From: Antechinus flavipes
Lineage: Eukaryota
Direction: 5' to 3'
DNA: 64,000 nt
Assembly: GCF_016432865.1 (NCBI RefSeq)
Contig: NC_067400.1
Span: 613,552,001-613,616,000, forward strand
In this document: in pieces, positions 24,001-36,200 of the stretch
Layout of the letters: the number at the start of each line of letters is the position of its first letter
How positions within the stretch are numbered: position 1 is the first letter of the stretch
The notes under the pieces: generated by a model
The model's input: only the letters and a program-made list of their open reading frames with translations
Databases searched by the model: none
What the model was told of the DNA's origin: nothing
Translations under genes and position numbers: made by a program

Positions 24001-27000
24001 TCAAGTGTCAGAATTACTTTGCCCAATTCAAGCTGAGGGAGAACCAGCCTTCCTTCAAACCCTGAGATCTAAGAAGTTTTATAATAAGCACACATTATAT
24101 TATAAGTACAGTCCCTATTTGTATCTCAAAGAACATTTATTAAGCTCCCATTATGCAAAGTCCTGTTCTTAGCATCTGTTCCCTGCCCCGGAAGTACTGA
24201 GGGAGGGGCAGGACAGGTAGGTCTTAGAGAATCTCCCAGCCAAACTTTTATTTTACAGGTAAGGAAACCGAGACTAAGAAAGGCTCAGTCAGCCCCAGGA
24301 GTAAGTGAAAAGCTAGAACTCACACCAGTTGGTTGCCCCTCAACTCCCACACTGTAGTCATTCTCTGACTCCGAGATAAGTAATCCTGGAAGGAAAAGAA
24401 GATCTGTGAAAAGTAGAGATGTGAAGGAAGGCAGGCAGAGGCCAGCTAGTGACCCAGTGAATCATAATTAGTGAAGGACAATGTGAAATGAGGTTGGAAA
24501 GAGAAGCCTGAGCCACTTTACAGTGGATCTTAAGGGCAATGCATTCTAGAGGCATCAGAGAGTCAGACGCAGAGAGTAGGAGAGTGAGAAGGTTGTGTCT
24601 CAAGAAGACTTTGGAACGTTCATTACACCAGATGACATGGATAGAATGTTGAGGAGCCAGTGGAGTATGCTGGGGGACCAAAGTTCAAGTGCCAACGTCT
24701 GCTAATTGTACAACTATGGGCAAATCATCACCACTCGAGTTTTTTTGTGGGTAAAATAGCAATTTATTTGTTGTTAAGCTCTGTGAGATGGGAAACACTA
24801 GTATTCTCAAAAGCATTGAAGGCAACAGCAGTGACTCCACATCTGCATGGAGAGGAGGTGGGGTGCCTATGTGAAGCTGGAATAGAGAGGGACTGCCAGG
24901 ATTCGAGAGAGAAAAGAGCTAAAGACAGCTCTGAAGTTTTGAGTTGGAGTGACTGGGATAGTAAATGGTAATAGAAAAATTTCAAAGTTATAATTGATAA
25001 ATAGAAAAACAATGTAATCTGTCAATAAAAAGTTATAAAATTAAAAAAAAAAGAAAAAGAAAAACAGTGTAAGACTAAATTCTACCTTGCACGTTGATCT
25101 CCCCTCAAAAAACCAATAATCAAATGATCTTCGTGACTACAGCAAACCAGATGATAGCTACAGTGGCTAGAGGCCCAATGGTGTGTGGCTTACAAATAAG
25201 TTTCCTCACAATAACCCTGAGATAGTGTATTATTCATACAATTATCAATTTATGTAAATTCACACTATGCAAATGGAAAGAAATCTGTATTCCCCAAAAC
25301 ACCTAGGCTAAATTACCTGTACAGTATAGTGTTCTCCAGTTCCTGTCCCTCTGCTTAGTCCTCCCACCCCTCATCAAAAATAATATGAAAAAACAAAAAC
25401 ACAAAGCCAGAAAGACCATTTGGACTTCAAGTCTATGTTTACAAAAGCAAGGGACATCTACAAAAACATAGGCCTGAGACAGGAGGGAGACCTTTGCCCT
25501 GATCTACCCATCAAGGTCTGCGTCACAATCATTGACCCCAGCCCTCAACAAGGTCTTTATGGAACAGTTCCTCCTCCAGCTCTCGCTTCCCTTTTCTTGA
25601 TTCCCATATGCCCTTAAGCGTGACTCCTCCATGCTTTGCACAGAAGCCTAAAGGAAGAATTATTTGTATGTTCCAGCTGAGTAAAAGAGCTGCACCGTGA
25701 GGAGGTGAATTAGTTCTCAAGACCCAACCAAGGCTTTCATGAGGATCCACTTTTCCATGGCAAATGCCGGAATCTAACTCGGCCATGAGGGGAGAAAGGA
25801 AGATAGCGGCCAGGTTAGAAGGGACAAGTCAGAGCCATCATAAACTGGAGTTTTCTGCCGGCAAAAGTCGTTTTTCCTCTAGAGAGACTAAGAGTTGGGA
25901 AGGTCCAATATTTCAAGGCTTCAAGATTAGCCAAGCCTTTTTTATGCAGATTCATTCCTGAACCTACCCACACCCACTAACAACACAGAATCCTACCACC
26001 CACAACCAAAACAACAGATTTTAACAGTCCAGGGAAGCAGAACCATCAATAATCACACCAATTTCTTCTGCTAATTGAAAGTGTGACTAAAAATACAGTC
26101 TCAAGAGGACTACAGGATTCCCAACAAGATGGCACTTCTCCTTTAGCTTGTCAAAGATTTTCAACCAGATTGAAAAAAAACACCCCAAAAAAACAGAAGT
26201 GTGAGAAAGGAACTTTTTGGTGGTCATCCTGCCGGGAATAGTCTAAGGCCACCTTCTTACAAAATGAAGGAAGCATGTCTGCTTTTAGGAACTAGGATTT
26301 AAAAACCAGGGGCTCCACTAAAGCATAAGCTATTAGGTAATTCTGAAACAGACTGGTCACTGTAGACTGTACCTCGCCAAACAGGTTCCACAGGTTCTGA
26401 AATCCGGGGAGCTTTTATGCAAAGAAAACTACCACATGACAGTTGAAAGACTGGAAATAACCTTAAAAGAAAGGCACTTAAGTTGTAAGTTTAACTTACC
26501 AGCCATACTCCCTTTAAGACAGACTAATCACCTTCTAAAAATCCATTTCAGTTCTTATTTTACATAAATAATTACCACCAGTAGCAGTGGCCCAGGGGCC
26601 TCTGCTCCAGGCAATGAATCTACAACTTAGGCTTCTTCATCATTCCCCACCACCCCCCCACCCTAAGGAAGGGAAGGGAAGGGCTGCAGAACTATCCATT
26701 CTCCATTTGTTTTAAGTGGGCATTTGCTTGTAGCTGATCCTTCAACTTCTAGATAAATTGATTTTTTAAAACAAGTTAGAAAAAACAGAACCAAGGCACA
26801 ATCGTGGCCTTGGCAAACACTCTCATTTCCTGCCCTTGGTGCTCCAAAATTTAAGTAAGGCATTTGGACTTCAAGTCTATGTTTACAAAAGCAAGGGACA
26901 TCTACAAAAACATAGGCCTGAAGCACATCTTGCCACAGTTCTGGAACTGCTTCCAAATTGCTTTCTGCCCTTACAAAGCACTATCATCGAAGTAACCCAG

Positions 27001-30000
27001 CTGAGACTTTTCCAAAGAACTCCCAAGTAGAGTTGGCCAGAAAAGTCCAAGCCTACACAGAATATATGGCAGCCGTCCCAAAAGTTAACAAACTTGACAC
27101 CAACACTGAATAATGCTGTCTTCAAGGGCACACGCTTCAGACTTTTAGGGGATAAAGACTATTCAAAATCAAGCCCATTTTAAGTCCAGTGGCTTGTACT
27201 AAGTTAACAAAGTCATTCTGAAGTAAAGAAATCTACCATAATTCTTGGCTTTGAACTTTTTGTTCCCCAAATTTCCCCCCCCCACCAGTTGCTAAAAAGA
27301 CAGCACTTTGTAAACATTAATTTAAAATGACAAACTTTATTATTCTCGGCTAAAAAATCTAAGGTCTCTTTCAGCTTTTAATTAGGTAACCCTGTTTTTC
27401 TGGAGCCATTGGGCAGAGGGGTCATTTAAATAAGCTGCAGGCCAGGCTGCTACTCATTTTACTCAGAATTCATTTTCTAGTGGAAGGACAATTGTTTTGC
27501 CTTTACCACACATCACAGATGGAAATTCGGTGTATTGGGAAAAACGCTTATTATGCTTGTGGTACTCCTTAATTTCTTGTTTCTGTTGGATATTCTTCCA
27601 GGCACCCAAGTGCACAACCTCAGAAATATTTTCCAATTTTCATTCTTCCTTATAGCCCTTCTCTCAACTAGCTAATCAGTGACCAAATCTACACTCAACA
27701 ACATTCCTTTCTATTCATTTGCAGGCAAAGCCATACACAATCTAACTACAGGTGACCATGAGGGGGGTGGGGAGGCAATCTCCACAGTGACAAAAACTCA
27801 GCTTCAAGGTCCTTATGCCTGAAATATCAGCCTTTCCTAAACTTCCCTTCTAGGCTCACCTCAGGTTGTCACTTCCTATGGAATTTCCCCTAATTGTCCT
27901 CAACTTGTATTTACTTATCTCTAATATGTTCAACCAGTGTCCTAGAACATGATAAGCACTTAAATGCTTAAGGAATGAATGAATCTATGACTGGTGCACC
28001 TCACCGAGCTTTTCTTATATAAATTTCATAAGCAAAGAACTGGTTTTCATTGTATTTCTATCCTAAAGCCCTAGCAGCAATCAATCAATCTTGGGGGATA
28101 CAGAAAAAAAGCATCTTCTGATGTGGGCAAGATTAGTTTCTAGATTCCCATCCCCTCCTAGTGAATGTAATTACCCTTTGACTCACAAATCCTGGTGCCT
28201 TTGACTTCCAATAGAAGATCCGGACCTGTCCCAGCCCCACCCATATCTGAGCCAACTTTGGGGCTACATCCTAAAGCCCCTCGAACTAAGTCTCCTATTA
28301 TAAAAAGGCCACGCTGGGAACTGCTCTTTGCAGATTTCAAACATGCTAGCCATGTGAGGACCCTCTGTCTGGTGCCCTCCTTATCGCTACCTTCGCCTAT
28401 ACTTTAACCTTGCTTACCCAAGAATAAACCTCTCTTATCAATCTAGCTCTCCGGCGGGCCAATAAATGCTTTTATTGGGAACTCGCGCCGTTACTAGACC
28501 CCATTTACCCCCATATCCTTGCACCGAATCCAAGGGGATTGCAGGGGAGCTTTGCTTGACTCCCTGTATCCAAACCTGCCACTAGACTTCAACTAAACCC
28601 TAATTTCATTTAGGTACCCCAAATCTAGACCTCAACACTTCCAAGGAGCTAATCTTTTAATAAGAGAGAGAGAGAGAGATGTATAAACACCCAGGTCCAA
28701 ATACAATATGTAGAGAGTAGAGAAAGGTAGTCTGAAAGTGGAAGACTAACTCCAAACTCTGGTCAAACTAAGAAAGGCCTCCCAAAGATTATGGGATTTG
28801 AGCTTATTCGAAAAAGGAAGCCAAGGAATAGCATAGCATCATTCAAATGGAAGGCTTTTAATAAGTGTTTGTAGAATCCTTAAAAGCACTTTCTTACATT
28901 TATTTAGCACCTCCCAGCTAGGCTAAGGCCTGGTCCTTAGGAGAGAGATGGACACACCTAAGTACAATAAATGGAGTACACCAGAAGCACCAGTCAAAAG
29001 CATAGGGAGGAGGCAATTTAAAGGGTGGGAAGGATTCCAAAAGGCAAAAACAAACAAACTCATCTGGGTGATAGGGAGATAGGTGAACAAGAGGATCCTG
29101 GGAAAAGGAGAGGCCAGTTTGGCTGAACAGATGAACTAACTGATACGTAGCAGTTTAAGATCCGGCTGGAGAAGTCAGCAGGAGGCTAAGATGTGATAGT
29201 GCCGGGTTGGCAGTGTCTGTTAATGAAGACTCCCAAACAAGTCCTAATGGAGTCAAGTCTGTTTTTATCAATACAGAGCATCTCCAAAAAAGCAAAAAAG
29301 TTCTCAGTCTGGCAATTCAGTCAATACCCAAATATCAGGATTATGCTTAATTTTGCCGACTATGATATTTTTGGCTACAATCCAAGAAGCCTTTCCTAAT
29401 CCCTCTTAATTCTAGTGACTTCCCTCTGTGAATTATTTCCTATTTATTTTGTCTATTAACTTGTTTATATATATGTTTGTATATTGTCTTTCCTATTAGG
29501 ATTTCGAGATGCTTTTCTTTTGCCTTTCTTTGTATTTTCAACAGTGTCTAGCACATAGTAGGAGCGTAATAAATGCTTATTAACCGACTCCTTCCATGCT
29601 TAGGACTATGTAATCCATAAATTCTCTTTGCCTCTTTCCACATATCCAACCATCTGTTTGTCACTTCTACCTCTAGAACTCCAGGGGAATTAGTCCTCAC
29701 TGATGACAAATTCATTTTCCTAAAGCCTCTTATCACCTACTCAGTAAAACTCAGTGGCTTTATTTTCTTGCCTCCCCTTTTGTCCCTTCAAGGTCTTTGC
29801 CAGCTGGCCCCAACTTACCTTTTCAGGCTCAATATACACATTGCATTTATCTTCCTGCACTCTACAAATCATCCCAACTGGCCTTGCTCCTGTTCCTCCA
29901 GTACAACACTGCTGTCCTCCCCCAATTTCCATGCCTCTGTTCTCTAAGTCTGCAATCTCTCTTCTCACCTCTGCTCTGCCTAATAGCTTTTGTTTCTTTC

Positions 30001-33000
30001 AAATGTCAATAACTATAGGAAGCTTTTCTGCGTTCCCCCAGCCACTGGTGTCTTCCCCATCAAAAAAATTATCTTCTTCTAGTTGGTAAATGTTTTCTAA
30101 GTATTTATATGTGCATCTGTTGTCTTCTCCAACAAAACTTTAAGCTCCTTGAGGGCAGGGATCAAATGAAATTTTTGCTTTTATATCTTCAATGCCAATT
30201 CAAGGCAGGTCCTGAATTTGCTGACTGATGCAAAGAAGGTGCGCTACTACCAGGGGCTATCAGGAAGCTAGTAAAAGCCATTCTTTGCTTCAAGAAACTT
30301 AATGGTCTAGTTGGGGAAGCAAAACTAGAAACACTTCAAAGAACAATATGAGACAATATAATTAAGTCCTAAATTGTGTGGGTGCCTGTGGGAAACCCAA
30401 AAAGACAGGAGGTCGGAATCAGATCTGTGAACTGAATATATTATGGTCATGAAGAGATCAGGGTGAGGTCAATGAGAAACTTTTGGGTGATGAGAAGAAA
30501 TGGGAAATCCAGTTAAAGCTGGATAATGGGCTGAAGGGCCCAGATAGTTATGTGGAAATTAAGATGGAAGCAGAAGGGAAGATCAGCTGTAATAATAAAG
30601 CTGCCCTTATTTCTAAGTATGTTAAGTACATAAAGTTCATATAAGATTCTTACAGAATAAATGAAAGATAACCTTAGAGAGAAGCCTGTAAGAAGCTTGG
30701 GGGTGAGGAGGTGGTGGGGTTTGGAGAAGCAGGGATTTTACAAGGCACAGCCGAGAAGAAAACCACAGTTGTGTGTGGTACAGTATGAATCAGAAGGAAG
30801 ATACCAATATGGAGGAAATCTTTCAAGGAGAAAGACTGGGTAAGGGGAAATGGAAGAAAATCAATGGGACTTAAGTGACTAGTTAGATATGAAGCAAGAT
30901 ACAAGACCCCATCCTTCCCAATAAGAATTTTATCTAACAAGTAGATATTCCCTCCGACAGCTTAACCAAGTTAAATAATTCTTCTAACAACAAATAAACA
31001 ACCTGATCATTAGGTATCTATCACTACACAAAGGTGATGCTGGGAACTGTGCAGAAAGAAAAGCATATTTTGCTTCCTCAGATTTTAAATATTCTTCGCC
31101 CCATAAAAGATCCTTAAAGCTCTCTAAACCTTAGCTTAGGACATTTGAAGCTCACTGCAGTTAGGAGCTGGACAATGACAAGACGCTCATTTCCAATACA
31201 ATTAATCACACCAAATTCCAAAGCTGGTATTTGTTTTATTCTACGATCCTGTTTCAAGGTTAACTCAGAACCCACCAATTGAGCAAGTATATACTTCCCC
31301 TCCTAGATCTGGTAGTCATCATTATTATGGTGAGCAGGCAGTCTTAGATCTTTATGGGAATAAGAATAGCATTTGTGATGACAAACCAAACTTGAATTAT
31401 AAGGATCATTAATTCTTAGCAGAAGGTGTAAACTATTTTACCAAAGTCAGAAAAATCTCTGCGAGTTTCCAAGGTTTATTTTTAAAAATCTTTATATCAT
31501 CTCAACTATGAATCTCTCTAGATCTATCCCTGAAATAAACAATAAAAAAAATAAACTTGCCTTTCACTTTCTAACAGGCCCCAGCCCAAAAGCAAACTAA
31601 ACAACCTGCCAAGAAACCTAGTTCCTGAAAAACAAAAATGAAACTTTATTTTGACTCATTAGAGCAATGCCAGACACTATTTGCTGGATTACATTTAAAT
31701 TCACTAGAGCCCTAAAATATTAAAGCTAGAAGTACCCTCATAAATGTGAGGACTAGAAGGGACCTTAGACATTTGGTCATCTTGGTCAGTCTCCTAATAG
31801 CCCCAAAGTGACTTCCCAAGGTCATTATGGGTATTAGTAAAAAACCCCATCAGTGACTATTAACATCGAGTGCTAAACCCCAGATTGTTTGGCTCCTAAT
31901 TCAGACTTATCCTCACTAAATTATGCTATTCTCAATCCTATCACTGCTCTGATATTAATTATAAAAAATACATTACACATTAATTTAAAATTATGTCAAT
32001 TGTAAGAATTGTTCATTCCAGTAAACTTAGAATTTCCACAGTACAAAAGATAGTACTGCAACCCTTCAATAAATAGGCAGAACCCCCAGAGTGAAATGTA
32101 ATGCTTATTTTGGACTTAAAAAGCAGTGCCACTCACGATCTAGATTTTCTGAGGCTCCAAGGGGGGGTCACCGGGGAGTTGGCATTCATATCCCCAAGAT
32201 GAGATGGCTTCCAGGGAACAGTCATTTTAGTTGGACACACTAGACAATCTTCAATAGTCATGAATCATAAAGTGATTCAATTCCTTATTTGGCCAAGCAC
32301 ATTCACTCCTTCACCTCCAGCCAAAGACCTCGCTAAACAAAGACTAAGGAATTGCTGATCAAATCGCCCTGAAACACAAGTACTTACAATCCAGCCCATT
32401 CCAGGTTTACCAATTGTTCTACACCGACTACTACAGATCTTAGGGATGAGTAATAATAAGCAGCACTTCTGTAAACTGGAAAGGAAAAAAGTTCTGCTTT
32501 TACCAAACAAACTGAAGTGTTGCTCTAAAAATTAGGTCCTGGTTAAGTCAGAAAGGAATGTTTCTGCTGGAGAAGAGCCAGACATCCTTCAGATACTTTT
32601 GGCACGTCTAAAATTATGCAAAAGAACTCTTTGTTCTGAGGACTTTGTCAGAGTCTCTAAACTTTATGTCCCATCACTGCAGACCCCCAATCAGCAAGAG
32701 ACAATCTAAAAGTTTTTCAAAGTGGCAGGTGCAGCAACCTGAAAGTCCAGTTTCTCTCTGAAAGGGCTCCATTATATGACCTCAAACATAACAATTAAGC
32801 TTCTTCAACATCAAACATACTGCAGTAATACAGGAAAGCTAAGTTTCCAAACTAATCTCTCCTAAACATTCTTCCAAACCCAGCTGAAACATAACAATTA
32901 CCTGTACTCTGATCTAGTGATTCCAAAGACCACCAGACAAATTTAAAGAATGGTGTAAATTTTTGATGTCAAATATAGATATACAATAACAAATCAGGGA

Positions 33001-35212
33001 ATTACACTGACACGTGAAGGAACAATGCTCTAGACCCACCAGCACTTCTCTTCTCCCCTCTTCCCCTATGAGGGCATTCTTCCTTGGGACCTCTCTTTGA
33101 TCAACCAAGTAGAGGATAGGACTACATGACCTATATGGTGCCTTCAAGTTCAAATAGTCTAAGATTCTATTCCTTCCTTGTATCACCTTTACATATATAT
33201 AACCTGCAAAGTTCAGGGAAAAAAATTAAAAGAATCAGACTATAAAATCAAGAACAGCCCTTAAAAAAAGTGTAGTCCTAAAATTTTTCAATTGATAAAG
33301 AAACTGAGGCACATTGGTGAAGTGATGTGTAGAAAATGAAGGGCCAAGACTAAAGTCTGTAGACAGGAGGACCAGAGTTCAAATCTGTCCTGACACTTGG
33401 TACTTCCTTGCTGTGTGGCCTTGAGCAAGTCACTTAACTCCAAATGCCTGAGCAAAAAACAGTCCCTGGACTTTGTGGTAGGCTGTATGTGCCACTCACC
33501 TCATACACAAAATTGGGCTTTGACACCATGTGTGTTAAAAAAAAAAAAAGTCGCTTTTCTTTGATTCTTTAGTGGATTGTACCGACTTAACCACCATCAC
33601 ACCACCAATTGAGCCTCCAAGCCAGCTTTCAAAGTGTCCCTGCTGTTTATAATGAATTACCCAAGAGGCTTATTTTCTTTTTGGTAATTGAATCCAATGG
33701 AAGACATCAGAGTAAAGTAAAAAGCACTAATCAGGTGCCAGGAGATTGTTTATATTTTTAGTCTTGGCCCTACTACAGTACACTACAAGTACTAGGCTTG
33801 GTACTCGATCCACGGAGCCTCCTAGCTGCCCCCAATACTCGCTTATTTCTAACTTGTCTAAAGAGCTTCTTAGCCTCCAATTTGGAAAATGACAAATTTT
33901 TCTTGGTCAGAGTGTCTTTTGTTTATTATAATTAGACATTCCCTCACAATTTCCACTTTCCAACTTCCTTGTGGTCATAAATAGGGCCATTATAAATTTT
34001 TAAAATTTCAGTCTCTCCTTTCACTCAAGTGATTCAGGGCCTAATTCTTCTAGTTATCTCACTGCAGTCTTCTACAGGATATTTTAGAGATAGAAAGCAT
34101 ACTTATTTTCCTTCAAATCGCCAGAAAAACTTTTCTTTTATCCTGGAAAACAATTCCTATCTTACTAGCTTAGATTATAATACACTCAATTGTTCAAAGA
34201 AATCTGACCTTAGATAAGAGAGAGCATAAGTTCCAACCTGCCTAACAGTGAAATGCTATTTTAAAAAGGTCGGTAGGTATGGCCACATGACCTGCTATTG
34301 TCCAACTTTTCACCTCACAAGTTTGTTTACACAAAGGGGAGGGGGAGAGAGTCTTTCTGCTTGTTCTCAGCTAGCAGCCCAAGCTTCCGAATTGCGATGG
34401 CCATCTCTGCCCATCCCTATCTCCAGGAGCTCAAACGAAGTCTGCCAAGTTCCCACTGGGTTTGGGGCGATAGAATCAAACTAGGGAGTACTGGAATAGC
34501 CCCGGGTTCTGGACCGCAGCGACCTATCAGGGATCCCCTGCCCTTCTCGATGTCTCCGTGGTGCTCCCCCTACGGTCCTCCCACTCCCAAGAGTTCATTC
34601 AAACCCAAGTTCCCTCGCCGGACCACCTGTCGGTCTCCCACTCTCCACCCACACCTCTGCAGAACCTAGATTCCCTGGAGTCTCCTCCGCTTCGCTGTAC
34701 TGGGGAAATCACTCAATGGACACAGACCGGTACCCCGAACTCGTCACCCCGGTCAAATAATCCCGACTAAGGCCGCCTTTCAGATTTCAAAGCCATTCCC
34801 ATCCAATTTCCACATGGTCCTCTGGGTTGGGTGCTACTTGTTCTCCCCGTTTTCCAGATGGAGAAACTGAGGCTAAGAGAGTAAATGACTTGTCCAAGGT
34901 CTTCCCAGTGGGCTAGCGCCTGCTTGGCTACCAAGGTCAGCCAGTCCTAGCTCTCCCCTGAGGGTCTTTGTCCCTTCCGGCCCACCAACCCTCCCCCCTC
35001 CCCCAGCCAGCTCACAATTCGCCCTCCCCCCACTCGCCAGCCCCCGCCCCTCCCCCACCTCCCTCACCCTGCAGGCCGGGTTGTTCCTTGGCGCCACTGG
35101 GACTGGCTGGGTGGTCGTCGAGGCCCCACGCCGCCCCGGTCAGGAGCAGAGCCCCCAGGAGAACGAGCAGGACCGAAGAGAGCGGCGGTCCCCGCAGTAG
35201 TTGCTGCCTCAT
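15019..35212 (-). CDS. SPINT2: Kunitz-type protease inhibitor 2 (HAI-2), 269 aa type I membrane protein; 7 exons
   Basis: Minus-strand exons 35212-35068 (signal peptide), 22335-22165 (Kunitz 1: [34 protein letters not shown]), 19227-19168, 17281-17228 ([17 protein letters not shown]), 16741-16580 (Kunitz 2: [33 protein letters not shown]), 16324-16274, 15185-15019 (TM helix and cytoplasmic tail ..[13 protein letters not shown]-stop). All GT-AG, all introns phase 1, 810 nt total. Confidence 0.96.
25417..26921 (+). repeat. Perfect 61-bp direct repeat (25417-25477 and 26861-26921)
   Basis: catttggacttcaagtctatgtttacaaaagcaagggacatctacaaaaacataggcctga occurs twice, 1444 bp apart. Confidence 0.9.
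28119..28637 (+). mobile_element. Solo ERV LTR (class I-like), 519 bp, in SPINT2 intron 1
   Basis: TG..CA termini, 4-bp TSD CTTC (28115-28118 / 28638-28641), TATAAA 28299-28304, AATAAA 28423 and 28461; homologous to the copy at 45052-45556. Confidence 0.85.
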
Positions 35213-36200
35213 CCTGGCCCCGGCTCGGACAGCCCCGCGCGAACCGCTGGCGACTACCGTTGAGGGGGAGGGGATGGGAAAGAGGGGCTCGCGCAGCCGC
35301 TGATTGGACGATCTCCGCGGCTCGCGCACAGGTGGGGGCGGGGAAGGAGAGACTCGCGCCGCTGCCGCCGCTGCCGATGTTGATTGGGCTGTCTCCGCGG
35401 CTCCCGCACAGGTGGGGGTGGGGAAGGTTCGGTGAGAGGGTTCGCGTCGCCCGGGGCCGTTGGCAAAGGCTGGGTGTAGCGCGGGCCGCCAACGGCGTAG
35501 GAGGCGGGGGTCCGGCTGTGGCTTTGGTGTCCGCTGGCGCAGGCTCTCTCACACCCGCACCCGACGAGCTCGCTTCTCTCACACCCGGGAACCGTCCGCC
35601 CTCCGCGCGCGCGTCCCTGCTTCTGAGCTCCTGCGCGCAAGTCGTCGCCGAACGGAGGTCCCGGAAGGCGGAGGAAAGGGCGGGGCAGCGCGCACCTAGG
35701 CGAGCGGAGGCGCTGCGCGTGCGCACTCAATTAACCTCGGAATTTTCCGCACCTGGACGCCTCTCTTCCCTCCTTTCCCCTCCCTCCTAGAGGAAAAAAG
35801 GGCGGGACTGCAAGCACCTGAGCGGGGGGCGCATGCGCACACCGCCAACTTCTGAGCCCTCCAGACCTGAACGCCGCTTTGTGGCCCTTTCTCTCGCCCT
35901 CCAGGAGGGAGAAAGGGCGGGGCCGCGCACACCTGGGCGGGAGTGCTACGCATGCGCACGTCTCTAACCTCGGCGCCCAGCTCACCTGGACACCTTTAGT
36001 ACCGCTCAGGCTCCTCCTCTCTCTTCCATAGATGGGGAAAAGGGCGGAGGCATGGCGTACACACACCTAGGCGCAGGCGCAGGCGCACCCTAACCGCCCC
36101 TCCTCCTCCATCCTGCACCTACTATGCTTTCTCCCTCATTCCCGGCTGCACCTGAACCACGCCTTCAGGTTCGGAGGGGCGGAGCATTTTGAATCCCCAC
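34950..36200 (-). promoter_or_regulatory. SPINT2 CpG-island promoter / 5' region with repeated CCAAT, GC-box, E-box and NRF1-like motifs
   Basis: CpG-dense; CCAAT (minus) at 35303 and 35383; GCGCATGCGCA at 35829-35839; multiple GGGCGG and CACCTG/CAGGTG. Confidence 0.75.
35670..36125. repeat. Degenerate ~120-bp tandem repeat x4 upstream of SPINT2
   Basis: aaagggcgg recurs at 35675, 35797, 35912, 36039, each followed by cacct(g/a)g and gcgc(a/g)(t/g)gcgca. Confidence 0.7.
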
